Positions 1 to 13,687 of a stretch of 64,000 bases of DNA are shown here, piece after piece. Position 1 is the stretch's first letter, and the number at the start of each line of letters is the position of its first letter. Under the pieces are notes generated by a model. That model was given only the letters and a program-made list of their open reading frames with translations. It was not told the origin of the DNA and made no database searches. The position numbers and the translations under genes were made by a program. The DNA is from Octopus vulgaris (lineage: Eukaryota), in contig OX597815.1 in the NCBI GenBank assembly GCA_951406725.2, positions 85,188,001 through 85,252,000 of the forward strand. Direction: 5' to 3'.

Positions 1-115
1 CAGATGCTGCTTTTTACTTGCCACCAGCATGGGTGCCAGTCAAGCAGCGCTGGCATTGGCCATGAAAACGATTTCACTTGACTCAACAGGTCTTCTCAAC
101 CACAGCATATTGCCC
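1..115 (-). mobile_element. Fragment of RTE LINE 3' UTR (window edge)
   Basis: Similar to 23570-24020 (gatttcacttgactcaacaggtcttctcaa...cacagcatatt). Confidence 0.6.
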
Positions 116-132
116 AAGATGAAAAATGGATA

Positions 133-185
133 ATGGTCATATGTGCCATATTTCAGGGAGTTTTTCCCCTTCATCAGCACCCATC
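133..185 (-). ncRNA. Degenerate type-I hammerhead ribozyme-like motif (Penelope-associated)
   Basis: Minus strand reads gatgggtg-CTGATGA-agggg aaaaac tccct-GAAA-tatggcacat-a-tgaccat: canonical core, 5-bp stem II, imperfect stem I. Confidence 0.45.
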
Positions 186-519
186 TAACCCATTAATCAT
201 TTTTGAACACATTGCTTAAATAGCCACTATATATATAGTGGTGAATGCTCCTGGAAGCTGGTAGTATGTAAATACTAATGATTTGTAGGCACATGGTATG
301 TCATAACGCAATCATAATATACTATAAAGTATAGCAAATGTTTTTATGAGTCAGTACCGTGTTCTACTGCATTATGCCCATCACCCATTTTTCATCTTTC
401 ATCTCATTGTTTGTTTACATCTGATGTCATCTCGTATATGAAACGTAATAGCAAAAATCAGTGTTAGTTATAATTTCTATAGAATATCTGTAGTAATAAC
501 CTGAACAAATAATGTAAAG

Positions 520-1109
520 TGCAATGACAAGAGACCAAGACCTTTGGAGATATGTTGTGATTAAGAAGACCTGGCAACTAAAGTGAGATCGCAGCTATGG
601 TTGATGCCAGTGTTGCATGTCTGGTCCATTTAAAAGTACTCTTGATGCATTGGGCGATATGATATGCTTGAGAAAACCTGTTGAGTCAACTAAAACCAAA
701 ATCGTAGCTGTGGCCAATGCCCCCTGACTGGCTCCTATTCCAGTGGCATGTAAAATGCATCATCCGAACATGGTCGATGCCAGCACCTCCTGACTGGCTC
801 CTGTGCTGGTAACATGTAAAATGCACCATCCAAATGTGGTCGATGCCAGGTCCGCCTGAGTGGCTCCCATGCCGGTGACAGATAAAAAGTATTATCCAAA
901 TGTGATTGATGCCAGGCTCATCTGACTGGCTCCTGTGCCAGTGGCATGTAAAAAGTACCCACTACACTCTCAGAGAGGTTGGCGTTAGGAAAGGATTCAG
1001 CTGTAGAAACATTGCCAGATCAGTTTGGAGCCTGGTGCAGCTACTGGCTTTCCAGACCTCAGTCAAACTGTCCGACTGATGCTAGCATAGAAAGACGTTA
1101 AATGATGGT
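520..1109 (+). mobile_element. 5'-truncated RTE LINE 3' end with internal ~60-bp tandem subrepeats
   Basis: Matches reverse complement of 23404-24050; contains ggcatgtaaaa..cacc units, ggttggcgttaggaa motif and gacgttaaatgatg tail. Confidence 0.8.
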
Positions 1110-1139
1110 GACTCTGCTAACACAGTAGAACATAGTATT

Positions 1140-1900
1140 GACTTCTAAAAGATGTTCAATATACCTTACAGTATTTTATGGTTGCATAACGAAATGCCAC
1201 ATACCTACAAATCATTAGTTTGGATACAATATTCTCAATAATGGTGAAAGCTCTAAATTGAGCGTGGTTCATTGGGTATGTAATAATTGGCTCTGAAAGT
1301 TAGATTAAGATATTGCATTAATTTATAAAGTGTTTGTGATGAATAGTTGTAGAAAATGTGGAAGAACACATTGAATCATGTAGTCTTTGATACCCTACAT
1401 CAGAATAAAAGATGGGATCAGACATGATAGTCATGACTGAATCTAGAATGACTTTAACTATAGATTTCTTTAATGAAGGACAGTCTGAAGTTAAATTAGA
1501 AAAAATATACTCTGAGGTCAAAATCATTTGGCTGACCTAGTACTAAACAACAACAAGACCAATAACCTAACAGTTAGTTTCATATTAGATATTTATCTTC
1601 TTGCCTGAGGCAAGCTTGTTGGAAACAGTCTCATCTGATCATTTGTTTGGAAATAGTTTTTCAGTGTTTTGTGAGTTACCTTTTTAGTATAGGCGTTCAT
1701 GCAGATAGTCATATGTAGGTCATTGGATATCAGATTGGTCATTTTCTATTGCTGTCATAGATGTCAATTTGAATTCCAGTGATTGATTACATACTGCACC
1801 CAGCTTTTACTTTCGGTAACCTGTTGTCATACTGTACAAGTTTGACCATAAGCTGATTGTTGCAAACTTTCTAGTAGTTCATTCTGAAAAGCTGCCAATT
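1140..1900 (-). mobile_element. Highly decayed Penelope-like reverse transcriptase relic
   Basis: Minus-strand NTVRYIEHLL at ~1146-1175 (RYIDD-like), preceded by GYQRLHDSMCSSTFSTTI (Y.Q..G.AMGS..SP-like); lies upstream of the hammerhead-like motif on the same strand. Confidence 0.4.
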
Positions 1901-2052
1901 GATCTTTTTTTTTCATTTTTTTAATGTAATCTTGAATTAACATGCTCATCTCATGGTTAAAACACAGCAGTACAAAACTTTCTAGTGTAAAAAAGAATTA
2001 TTTTGTCATTTAACAGTATATAATTAAGTGCAACCCCACCAAGCTTGCTTGG

Positions 2053-3281
2053 TATTGGGTTATCCAATAAATGTGTTTTTTTTATATTTCTTTTATTTTT
2101 CAAAATTAAGATTAAGTTCTTTTGTAATCTAAAATATACTCTCCTCCATTTTCTACAATGCTCTTCCATCTATCTGGTAGACTTGCAAGGTCCCTCTTCC
2201 AAAATTCACTTGTCCGTGACAAAAAATACTCCTCCAGTACTATTCTGATTTCATCTACAGAATTCATATTTTTTCTGACCAAATGATTTTGAAGACTGCG
2301 GAATAAATGATAATCAGATGGGGCAATGTCTGGCAAATATGGTGGGTAGGGCATTGTTTCCCATTCAAACTGCTTCAGTCTTTGGAATGACATCCTTGCT
2401 GTATGTGGCCAAACACCTTTCTTCTTGAAACCAAAGTTGGTCGTTTTTCTTCTAGTGCTGACTTAAACTGCTCAAGCTACTCGCAGTAGATCTCCTTTAT
2501 CTTTTGGTTTGGGTTTAAAAGTTCAAAGTGGACTAAACTTTTCATTTCCCACCAAACAGATAACGCCTTACGTGGGTGAAGACTTTCTTTAGCCTAGAGT
2601 GTTGGTAGTTCCCCTCTCTCTACCCTCTGTCTTCGGCATTTGACATTTTTATAGAGAACCCATTTCTCATCACCATTTGGGTCCAAAAAAGATTCATTTG
2701 TGAGACGTGACAGCAAAGAAGAGCACACTTTCACTCTCTGCACACGATTAAACTTGGAAAGTTTGTGAGGAACTCATTGACCCAATTTGCTGACTTTTGT
2801 GATGGTACACAAGTGTCGATGAATGGTTGAATGACCAAATTCAAGCTTCTCTGCTAGTTCCTCAACAGTTACAATAGGATTTTTTCCCACCAGGGTTTGC
2901 AGGACGTCCTCGATGAGCTCTGCAGATCTTCCAGTATGAGGCTGTAGTTTTTGGCTTGGAATTTCTGGAACTACCATTGTCACTGGCTTATGCTTATTGT
3001 CTGATCCACATATACTGCATTAATACTCCTTGTACTTTCTGTTGCGTTGTTGCTTTTATTGACCTAATAAAGCAAAATATGCTGAATATATTCATTTGTC
3101 ACTTCCCTTATAGCTTTGAAAAGATAACTGTTAAGATTAAACTGCTCTCTTCAAAACTTGCAAAAGGCAAAATTACTACCTCCTTCTATATTAAATTGAT
3201 ACTGGTAGTTTATCCCGTTCCCATCCAAGTTTTAGTTCATACAGTTGAAAAAACCGCAATTATTTATGGGATGACTCAATA
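2053..3281 (-). mobile_element. Full-length but decayed mariner DNA transposon (~1.23 kb)
   Basis: TIRs tattgggttatccaataaat / atttatgggatgactcaata with TA ends; frameshifted transposase pieces with PYLPDIAPSDYHLFRSLQNHL, LPDRWKSIVENGGEY and HTH TVEELAEKLEFGHSTIHRHL. Confidence 0.92.
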
Positions 3282-3758
3282 GAAGTTTTCTTCCTTTTTT
3301 TTTTCTTTTGTTACTCTGTTTCATGGAAAGCAGGTCCTGTCAAAAAAAGACTGAAGAATTGTCATTGGTTATCCAATTATTACAAGTTACTCTGTGGTAT
3401 CACATTGAGTGAGATGCATTACACTGTAGACACCTAGTGAACAGTCACTCCATTGGTCATAAAATCAAACTGTCTTGGCCTGTCCTTGCTGGCTGTTTTC
3501 TACAGCTGAACAAGTGAATATTACTTGCAAGTAAAAAAGCTATTAGTACTTAAATATTTTGTAAACAGTCCTATAAAATAAGGTTAAATCAAAGTATATC
3601 AAGTCCAATGCCACCTGAATTACCAAAAAGGTCTTGGTCACCTGTCATTGCCTCTGAGAGGCCCAAAATCAAAACGGCTTGATTATAACATATACAAATG
3701 GTAACCAGTTGAATAGGAAATATCTTTTTGCATAATTAAACAGGTGTTTTACTTGCAT

Positions 3759-3761
<3 letters not shown>

Positions 3762-3805
<44 letters not shown>

Positions 3806-3821
3806 TATATATATATATATT

Positions 3822-3855
<34 letters not shown>
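3762..3855. repeat. (TA)n-(GA)n compound microsatellite
   Basis: Direct reading. Confidence 0.95.
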
Positions 3856-6800
3856 TGGATTATGGATAAAATTGTATGTTTTTAAGTATTGGTTTTAGTC
3901 AAATGTTATGGAATGTTACACAATCTTGTAAATAAAATATTCATCTCATCAGTGGCCTGAAAGTTTTATGAATTACAAACTGAAAATATTTTCTGTTATG
4001 AATAAAATAAAATAAACCAGTTGCAGAATGTGACATTGAGTATTGCAGTTTTGTCTGAATGAGCGTTCAATACATGAATTGAAAAAAAGGTTTTACAGTA
4101 GAGATTTTCACTTTACAAGAAATATTGAGTATGGATATAATGGAATATTAATAGTAGATGGAATGCCCTGTGGGTTGTAAGAGTTAAGTAAGGTTGAAAC
4201 TGAGGCAGTTTAGTAAATTTTAATAGAGATTTGAACTAGTCGCAATAAAACAGAAATGTATGCTATTTTTAAAAGAATCTTTAGAATTTAGGAAAACAAA
4301 TGAAACTGTCACATTCTTTTTATTGGACATATTAATGATAAATTATACTACTGGTAGGTATCCATGGAAACACCATGACTGATAAATATTTAGTTTTATG
4401 ATTTCAATAACCCAGGGAACTAACCAAAACTGTTTCCTTGAAAACATTTAATTCTATTTAATTTTGAGGATTATCAAAAACTGAAATAATATATGGAAAA
4501 CCTAAATTTTGCGTTATCACAGTTCTTAGTCATTGATTCTCTAGTTTAGCAAACCCTTAAAATTCCCATGACAGCACCTTCCACCCATCCCAGATTTTCA
4601 ATGTCATTTGGAATAAGTATATACTATGTAATGAAGGGAATTATCATTTCCTTCATTACAAAGCTTGTGCTAATTTTAAATGTTTTATTATTTATTTATT
4701 TGTATTTACTGGTTTGCATATTCACTGTGTCTCTCTACAAACTTTCTGCAAAACATTACAGTTAGAATGCTTAAATGAATGCTCTCTTTTGTTCGACCAG
4801 TGGTTATTGTATCAATTAAATGTCTATTTCTCAGCCTTCAAAATAAGATTTCAAATGATCACATGTTTGCATTTTGAATGACTAAGTGTCTTCCACTCTG
4901 TAATATATATCTCTTTTCTAGGAATTTAAAATTCTTTATATTTTTAAGGATAATTGTATTTATAACTGCATATAGTAGATTAAATTTGTATAGTATTAGT
5001 ATTTATTGAGTAATACTTCAGTTATAAGAAACTAAGAAAAAAAAAAATGTACTGATTGTTTTTTTAATAATTAACATTAGAAGTTTTAAATGAAAACTAT
5101 GCAAACTAGTGGGTGGGGTTCTAAAGTCCCCTGTTCAAAACTATAAGGATACAGATTGTGTCGTATAGCTAGCTGGAGATGATGTCTCCTGGGGCTAAAC
5201 AACAGTAGCATTTGTTCCAACTAGGACTGCCATATTAGGTTGGCAAATAATCTTTACTTTAAAGTACTGCTACTGAATATCTCTCACTGAGAGATTTAGG
5301 AACAATAACGTTTCTATTTATTTGTTTAATAAATGTACTAGAATCTTTTACTTTTTTTTTTTTGTTTTACATATATTGGAGATACCTATTACAATACATA
5401 ACTAGCAGATGACAACTTTTCTTTTAAACATGTCATACAAATAACTTAACAGACGAAATTACACAATACAAAAATAATTTCAATATAATGAATGCAGACA
5501 ACATCTAGTATACCATAGAATATTTGTAAAAGCAAGGCAGACCATGAGGTCATATTTGATTTCTGGTGGCTTTGTGGAAATATCTAGTTTACAGGAGTGG
5601 TTTACTATTAGCCTTTCTCTGGAATTCACTCTCTCTCTCATAGGATTAATTAAACTCAGATCTTGACTTGCAAAACATTGTTTGACCATCCTGGGGCAAT
5701 AGAAAAAGACACTTGTCCAATTTGCTGTGTAGAAGAATTGAACCAAAAACCATATGGTTGCAAAGCAAACCTCTTGACTACTAAACCATATTCATTGTCA
5801 GTGGCAGTTACTTGGAGCCAAGAATGATTGCCTTTCAGATTTTATATTTATCAATTCTTGTGTAACTATGTAGACCAATGCAGATCTCTGAAACCAGTTG
5901 TATACTGAGCATTTCATGTTTCATAGGTGACCAGCTGTAATGGTTGCTTCATGCCACTTTCTGCAGTTGCATTTATTTACCATTGCAGTGTTTGGTTTGA
6001 GCTTCAAAGTATCAGATTTCATCATAGCTGATTTGTCTCTGTCAGCAATTTGGTCAACAATTCATTTTCGTACACATAAATCTTGAACTTTTTCAAACTT
6101 CTTTTAAGTATGTCTTTGAACAGCTTCCTTTCATTACTTTGTGTGCATCTTCATTCATTCAGCCTTGAATAAAGCAGTTATTTGGGCAACTGATAAGATA
6201 TTACTCACACAATATGGCCAATCCTTCACAGCTGATGTTGCAGAAACATGGTTTCAATGCAGGAGAATAGGTTTGATTGAGTATGCTATCATTCCTCCTT
6301 CTGTTGTGCCATTGGATATCCATGATTTTCTTCAGACATCACAAGTGCTGTATTTCCAGATTATGGACATATCACCAGAGCCATACAGGAGATTCTGTAC
6401 AACACCTGCCTTTATCCATCATTGAAATTTGGTAGTTTGTCTCAAATCACAATCTTCATCTTCTCAAGTGACTAAAGGATGCACTCACAAATTTTATCCA
6501 GCGTTGGTTTGCCTCATCAACTTTTATTCATTTATATTGTGAAAGTAATTCAAGGCACATTTTTGTCTTTTGGCCCATTTCCATTGATGCATAATAGAGA
6601 ATGGTTCAAACTCTCTACATAAGTAAAAACAAAGCTCTTGCATCAAGTCTTGATCTAACCATTTGAATACATAGATAGTGGAAAATGTAGAGCATGTCCA
6701 ATATCTGAGTAGTTACACAGAAAATAACAAATACATTATCAAAATCAAAAACAAAAAAATTCTTGTCAAACAGTGTACAACATGCAGTGGTGCCTCATCA

Positions 6801-8714
6801 TAAAGTAGAATTAATATTCAAAATACAAATCATAAATGAAACAAATAACTAGGGGCTAATATGAAAGTTATGAACTTCTTTAGTCTGTGTTTTTTCGTTT
6901 AGATTTTGCTAATTTAGGTATTTACCTATTTCATTATTTTATTGATTTTAGTTTTTTGTATTGTATCCGTTCCCTTGATTAACATGTTTACTTTGATAAC
7001 GTGAACCAACAAGGAGGCTCTACATGATGGATTAACTTGCTGAAAATAGCAGCCAAATTTCCTTGAAAATATATTCTACTACCTTAAAGGTGTCTAAGAC
7101 TACATTAGATTATGTAATATTTGAAACATGTTGCCTAAAAAAATAAAAAGATCATGATCAAGAGTGAACACTTTTGATCTTAAGTTTGCTCATTCAGAGC
7201 CAACCTAAGCTAAACAAATTTATTTTATTGGTATAGTTTTTATTATTGGTTTATTAATATTCAAATTGCATTTTTGCTGCCATAAACCAATTGATTAAGT
7301 TTCAAACAAATTGACTTTGTGATGCAGTTTAAGTCTTAGTTGAAATTATTTTATCAATAGTTAATGCCCTTGTAAAAAATTGAGCAAGATCACAGCTTTT
7401 CATTTCCATCTTAACTAAAAAAGGAAAAAATCTCTTTGTATCTCACCAAAGAAACTAGTTTTTCTCTTTAAGGATTTTAATATCATTCATATTAACAAGT
7501 GAAATATTTTTCAAAGATGAAGCTTTATAGGCAAAGAAAGAAAAAAATTCTTAAACTCAAGTTTTAGTTATTTGATTTATTATTCAGTTTGTTTTCTATT
7601 GTATTTAAACTGCTTAAATTTATTAGCATTTAAGTTACCTGCCAGTTCTTGAATTTTAGTTAAATATAATATTGAATAATGTTGAATTGTCTTAAAAAAG
7701 GTTATTGTTTATATTCTTTTAAAAACATTTTTACTTTTGGCATTCTTTCATTTAAAATGCTAGATTTTTAATTTAATTCATAGAGATAGTAGCTTAGAGT
7801 CTTCAGTTGACTTAAATTTAGAGAATTTGTATAAAGTTCATTTATATTGGAAAATAAATATACCTTCAAAGAATATATAAATTGAATCATATTCTGTTTT
7901 CTTAGCACCAAATATCTAGTGTTTTAGAGAACTTCATTCTATAAAGTGTAATTCGTGTATATCATTAATATTTGTCCAACAAAATTATTTGTACACTATT
8001 TCTTGAAGTTATTACAAAGAGAAAAATGGAAAAAGCTAATATTTATATGTAAGCATTGATTTCTAAATACAAAGAATTATTACCTCCCTTGAAACATTCT
8101 TTAAAAAAAACAATTACTTCATGGGCTACTATTTAATTAACAATTGTCACTGAGTTTAACTACCTTTTAATTCTAAAGATAGCTATGGTAAGACGTAAAT
8201 TACTACTCTACATAAGTAGGTGTCAGTATATTTATTGTACAGAGCATTCAAATGCTTAATGTAGAATAAAGTCTAGTTGAAAAGTGAGTAGCTAACAAAC
8301 TATCAATTATTTCCCCTCTCTTTCAAATGTATTAATAAATAAAAATGTATAGTTTAGTTATATAGTTGGTCGTTATATCATATAGATAGAAATCTTTTTG
8401 TTGGCTGATGTTGTGATCTTTTCATGTGTTCCACTTCCTTTATTTGCATCCTATTCAAAGTATGAAATGTTTATAAAATGTAAAACCATATTTCACTAAT
8501 ATGAATAAATTTGTATACTCTGGTTGAGATAGGAATTCTAATGTAGCAGAGAAGGGTGCGATCAAAATGTTAAAAGTACTGGCTCTGTTATGCCATATAA
8601 AGTTGTTCATATAAGCGAATTTTATTTGCTGATTTCTGTTGTTGATTTCTTTTTTGTTGTTGTTGTTGTTTTAGCTTAAAATAATTATAGTTAGATTCCA
8701 TTATCATGGATTGA

Positions 8715-9544
8715 TGAGGTCTGATCAATAAGCATGCAGAGTGAAACCACTTGGCAAAGATTGACTTTGAACTCTGCTGTGTATGTGTACAAAGTTTTAA
8801 TGTTCTAGCTCACTTCCACTGTTTACAGCAGTGCTTGGAAGAAAGGTGTGTAGTGTGTGTGATTGTCGCATTGACCATGACAGAGAAAGTTGTCCTACTT
8901 GCTGAAAGTATATGGAGAGGAGTGTATGAACCACACAGAAGTGTACAAGTGATTCAGACGTTTCCAAGATGGCAGAAAAAATGTCAATATTGACGACATT
9001 CTGGGAGATCTACAACCAGCAGAACTCAAAAAAACATTACAGATGTGTATGTAGCTGTGAGGGGAAACTGTCGAATCACCACCTGTGAGTAATCAGAGGA
9101 TGTGCAGATTAGTTACAGTTCAGTTCAGTCCATTATCACTGAAGATTTGTGTATGAGACACATGTCTGCCAAGTCTGTGCCAAAACTGCTTTCAGCTGAC
9201 CAAAAAGACATTCTGGTTTCAGTTGCACAAGATCTTGATTGTGTCGAGAACAATGAAAACTTTTTGTAAACTTTGTGTAGGCCTCTGAGCAGGTATCGCC
9301 AAGCTTTTGGCAAAATTTGATGCAGATTCTCTGCTCAACTTTCTCTGTCATAGTCAATGCAATGATCACATGCTACACACCTTCCTTCCAAGCACTGCTG
9401 TAAATAGCAGAAGGGAGCTAGAATGTTAAAACTTAATGCGCATGCACAGCAGAGTTCAAGGTCAATCTATGCCAAGCAGCTTCACTCTGCATGCTTTAGC
9501 TTCATTACTATGGCAACAGACCAGATACTTATTGATCAGACCAT
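8715..9544. mobile_element. Non-autonomous mariner derivative made of two inverted 5' ends
   Basis: TIR ggtctgatcaataag / cttattgatcagacc; ~170-bp inverted arms, both reaching MTEKV; minus arm gives MTEKVEQRICIKFCQKLG; plus side gives a decayed N-terminal transposase (VPKLLSADQK). Confidence 0.88.
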
Positions 9545-9871
9545 ATATTGACAATATTTTTAGACCATATTTAGTGTCGTAATATAGTAATTATATTCTA
9601 TCAAAAATCTTTAAAGTGCTTTGAAGTCTGGTGGCATTGAACTATTGATTTCTCTTTCCACATATGTGTCCTACCAGCTTGTGTGTGTGACCTGCATAAA
9701 TATGTATTTGGTGAGTGACATGTGTCTGTGTTTTGAAAGTTTGGGCTATTTGCAGTTCATGTGAAGGGAAAGTTTCATGCCAGAAATTTTCCAGGATATG
9801 CATAGTGATTGGTGACATTGGATGTTTTTGCATTTTCTGTTTATAGAAGTTGTGCAAGTGTGGGTGACTTC

Positions 9872-10090
9872 TTCATCATTATCATTGTTTTGACATCCAC
9901 TTTTCCGTACTTGTATGGGTTAGACAGTATTCATTGAGGCAAACTTTCTAGAGCCTGATGCCCTTCCTGTCACCAATCCTCATCTGTTTCCAAGCAAGGT
10001 AATATTTCTTCACACCTCGACATGTTTTTACATGAAAGACCCCACTTATATGATGGTGACACTCCTTTACAACTATCACATGACATCAAG
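9872..10090 (-). mobile_element. SINE 3' part with RTE-type tail
   Basis: catcattatcat..gacatccacttttcc..gatgcccttcctgtcaccaatcctcatctgtttccaagcaag; same family as 12385-12768. Confidence 0.65.
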
Positions 10091-10111
10091 GCTATCTGTC
10101 TGTCTGTCTGC

Positions 10112-10370
10112 AGGTACGACTGTGTGGTTAAGAAGTTCACTTCCTGGCTGCATAGTTTCAGGTTCAGTCTCATTTTATGGCTTTTGGAGAAAGTTTCTTC
10201 TACTATGACCCTTGGAAAACCAAAGCTTCAAAGGCTTGTGAGTGGATTTGGTAGACAGAAACTGAAAGAAGCTCATTATGTGTGTGTGTGTGTGTGTGTG
10301 AGTATGCATGTGTATTAGTGTCTCCTTGCATTGACATCATGTGTCATAGTTGTAAATGAATGTCACTGTC
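10112..10370 (+). mobile_element. tRNA-derived SINE 5' part with internal (TG)n
   Basis: A-box/B-box-like head, then gtgagtggatttggtagacagaaactgaaagaagc shared with 41141-41545. Confidence 0.7.
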
Positions 10371-12384
10371 AGACCATTAATATTCATATGGGAATTTGAG
10401 ATCGGACTTAATACAATGCAAGTTTAAAAGGGTCCCATGATGAATCCAATAAGCTTTCTATCCAGGAGATAGGGGAAGTGACAACTACTGTTTGACTTTG
10501 AGCACGTCTCCTTGTGGATCTGCTTTCAAGACCTTAACAGAAATCAATCTTTTCAGATGCTGATGCTATTTTTTAGCCCCAGGTCCACTCTGATCTGGTA
10601 GCTCATACTTGTGGTCTAAAATACTACACCCATGAGCATCCTATCTTTTTAAGGGTATGTAGGACTGCATTATTCAATGTGTCCTTTTTTTCTAAGATGG
10701 TAGGGTGTTATTTAAGTAAGATTTGGCTACTATTTCTAGCAGGTCGAGTGACCACATAAAGAAAGTTGACTATCTTATTTTTAGACATTGGATGTGAAGG
10801 CAATAGGTTGGATGTTTGCAGAGTCACTTTCTTGGAAATGGGATATACTATTTGTGTTCCAGAGGTTGGAACATACAAAAATTGTACAAATGAGTATAGG
10901 AGCTTGCAGTGGACTGCACCATTTGAAGGGTAATTTAAGGAACACTTAAGACAATTTCTTGCTTCAGTATGTCTGTGTGTAGTTATGCTTTATTATTATC
11001 TTAATATCCAATTATAGTGTTAGTAGTTGAGATAGGAAAAGTCCTCTGCCCTTTGTATTGATAGAGATGAAAGGAGTTTCACATGTGTATAAACAAAACT
11101 TAGATATCTATTTACAAATGTAATTAAGTGTTGATCTGTCTAAGTGCTTTTGAGTTTTTCTGTATGTATGTATGTATATATATTTATATGCATTCCCATA
11201 TCTCAATGATCTATCTAGTATCACTGATGTGTACAGACATGTCTAAATACCCTCCACATTTATGAACAATTTATACCTACTCCTCCCTCTTCTACACTCG
11301 CATTTTTGTAAAAAAAAAAACTTTGTCTTTAATACTGCTATATGTATCCCTTTCTCCCACTTCAATCTCTCTCTCTCTCTTTCTCCTCCATCAGTCTGAC
11401 CCTCTCATTCTTCACAGACACTGGTGGTGGTGAGTGATGTAGAGTGAAGTTCTTTGTAAACCAAATCCACATCTCAGTCATTTCCCACATGCAACCATTT
11501 CATTTCATGTTTATTCTTTGTCGTCTAAAGAAAAGTATGAATATCACACAGTTCCATCTCCCTTCTATTATGAATCTGTGGTGTTGGACTTATGTAATAA
11601 TAAAGCAATATGAAAGGAGAAACACTATGATGTGATGAGCTAGACTACTAATCATATGGTCTGTAACAACAGGTTTGAAATATGTGTGCTACTAATCTTA
11701 ATTTATATTTGAATGTTCAACGTTATGAAGATCAGCAAGTCTTTAAAGAAATTTTACCAACTATATAGAATTGTTGAAATTTACAACACTTAAAGAAACA
11801 TTATCAGAATACAAGAAACTTGTTTTGCTCTGACTTTTTTCTCTCATAATCTACCCTTCTCTACTCTTTATTCTCTTACCATAAAGTTACCCCTTCCCCA
11901 CTCAGTTCATAATCTTGCAAGCTGCATAGTCACCTCACTGGTACTGGTGGTATGAAAAAAGTACCCAGTGCACACTATAAGTTAGTTGGTGTTGGGAAGG
12001 GCATCCAACCACAGAAACCATGCCAAAGGAGACACTGGAGCATGATACAATTCTTGAACTCATCAGATCCTATCAAGCCATTCAACCCATGCCAACATGT
12101 AACATGGCTGTTGAATGATGATGATATTAAGGAAAACTTGAAATCATTACAGTAAGTTTGTTTTTAGAAAAAAAGAAAGTAAGTCTACTGGAATGACTTA
12201 AGCATAAAAATTCTCAGACTGTTAACTTTGATATTATTTACTTTCCAGCATTCACAAATTACCTTTAATTTCTCTTGGGGGTATAAATACTTTTGCCAAT
12301 ATAGTCACTAAACCTGCTAGAAGTAGCAGCCAAATAAGTGCTGTCTATGTTTGGCAGCTGTTTCTAATTGGTGTTTTTAGTTAG

Positions 12385-12768
12385 TTTGGGGTTCAGTCCC
12401 ACTGAGTGGCATCTTGGACAAGTGTCCTTTGCTATAGCTCTGGGTTGATTAAAAGCCTTGCAAGTGGATTTGGTTGATGGAAACGGAAAGAAGTCCATTG
12501 TGCAGATATGCATGTAGATATGTGATTGTGCAACCTTGTCTTTACATCGCATGTTGTTGTAGATGGCTGTCACCATCAGACAAGCATTGTAATTCATCCG
12601 TTTCCAATCATCCACACGAGTATGATCTTCACATGGTGAAACATTACTTTGCTTGGAAACAGGTGAAGGTTAGCAACAAGAATGGTATCTGGCCATTGAA
12701 AATCTGCCTCAGCAAATTCTGTCTGAACCAAGCAAGCATGGGAAAATGGCTGCTAAAATGATGATGAT
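12385..12768 (+). mobile_element. tRNA-derived SINE with RTE-type 3' tail
   Basis: gggttcagtcccactg..ggacaagtgtc head/core; tail gcaagcatgggaaaatgg..aaaatgatgatgat. Confidence 0.75.
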
Positions 12769-13029
12769 ATATACTTTTGTTAATGTAGTCACTCACCTAC
12801 TAGAAATAGCAGCTAAATTTCCCTTGTCATATCTTAATGTTCTTATAAAAGAACTTGGATAATGCAATCTTGATTGCACAGTGCATGGGAAAATGACAAC
12901 TGGAATGTCTAATCACAGATCTAATTAAAAAAAGGCTGATGTTTCTCCATCTTTCAGTGTTCATCTTCATGGGTTGGACAAATATATGTATATATATATA
13001 GTTTTAAGGTAGATTTTTTTAATGACCAT

Positions 13030-13355
13030 ATTCCCTTCCTGTCTCCAACCCTCACCTGTTTCCAAGCAAAGTAGTATTTCCCCTATAGCTGGACTTGTTT
13101 TAATAGAAGACTAGAAATGAGGGACTTGTCTGGCAGTGACACTTGCTTGTAACAATCTTGTGATATCCAGACAAGGAGAGAGAGACATGCATGCACACAC
13201 ACACACACACACAGGTTTCTTTCTACCAAATCCACTAGGAAGGCTTTGGTTAGTCCAAGGCTGTAGAAGACACTTGCCCAAGGTACAGTGCAGTAAAACT
13301 GAACACAAAACCACATGTTAGGAAGCAAATTTCTTAATAGCAACAGTCATGACTG
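13030..13355 (-). mobile_element. tRNA-derived SINE with RTE-type tail and internal (CA)n
   Basis: ctaccaaatccact..gaagacacttgcccaagg; same family as 12385-12768. Confidence 0.72.
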
Positions 13356-13687
13356 CTCATAAGTAATTATGAGCTATTTAATTTAATTGTAAATAATTTG
13401 TACTGTTATCTGTTAAGTAGTACATTGTAAAATGTTTCAGTTTTTGTTTGCTTGCTTTTTTTTTTTCTTATTCAAGGTAATTACTTGTGAAATCTTAAGA
13501 TAAGCAGTGTTTTAGATCTCTGAGATGGGAAATCAAAGATAATATATGTAAACAGTCTTGCATTTTTCACATATTTGCATGCTTTCAGTAACAAAGATAT
13601 AAGCATGCTTTCTAGTTGGCATTTTAAATTTTAAACAACATTAAAAAAAAAACTAATTGTTTTTAATCCAACATATATTAAAGGTTT

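Noticed and set aside
5800-6600. Possible pogo/Tigger transposase relic on the minus strand (VDEANQRW-like)
   Set aside because: Only a faint motif; cannot be supported without a profile search.
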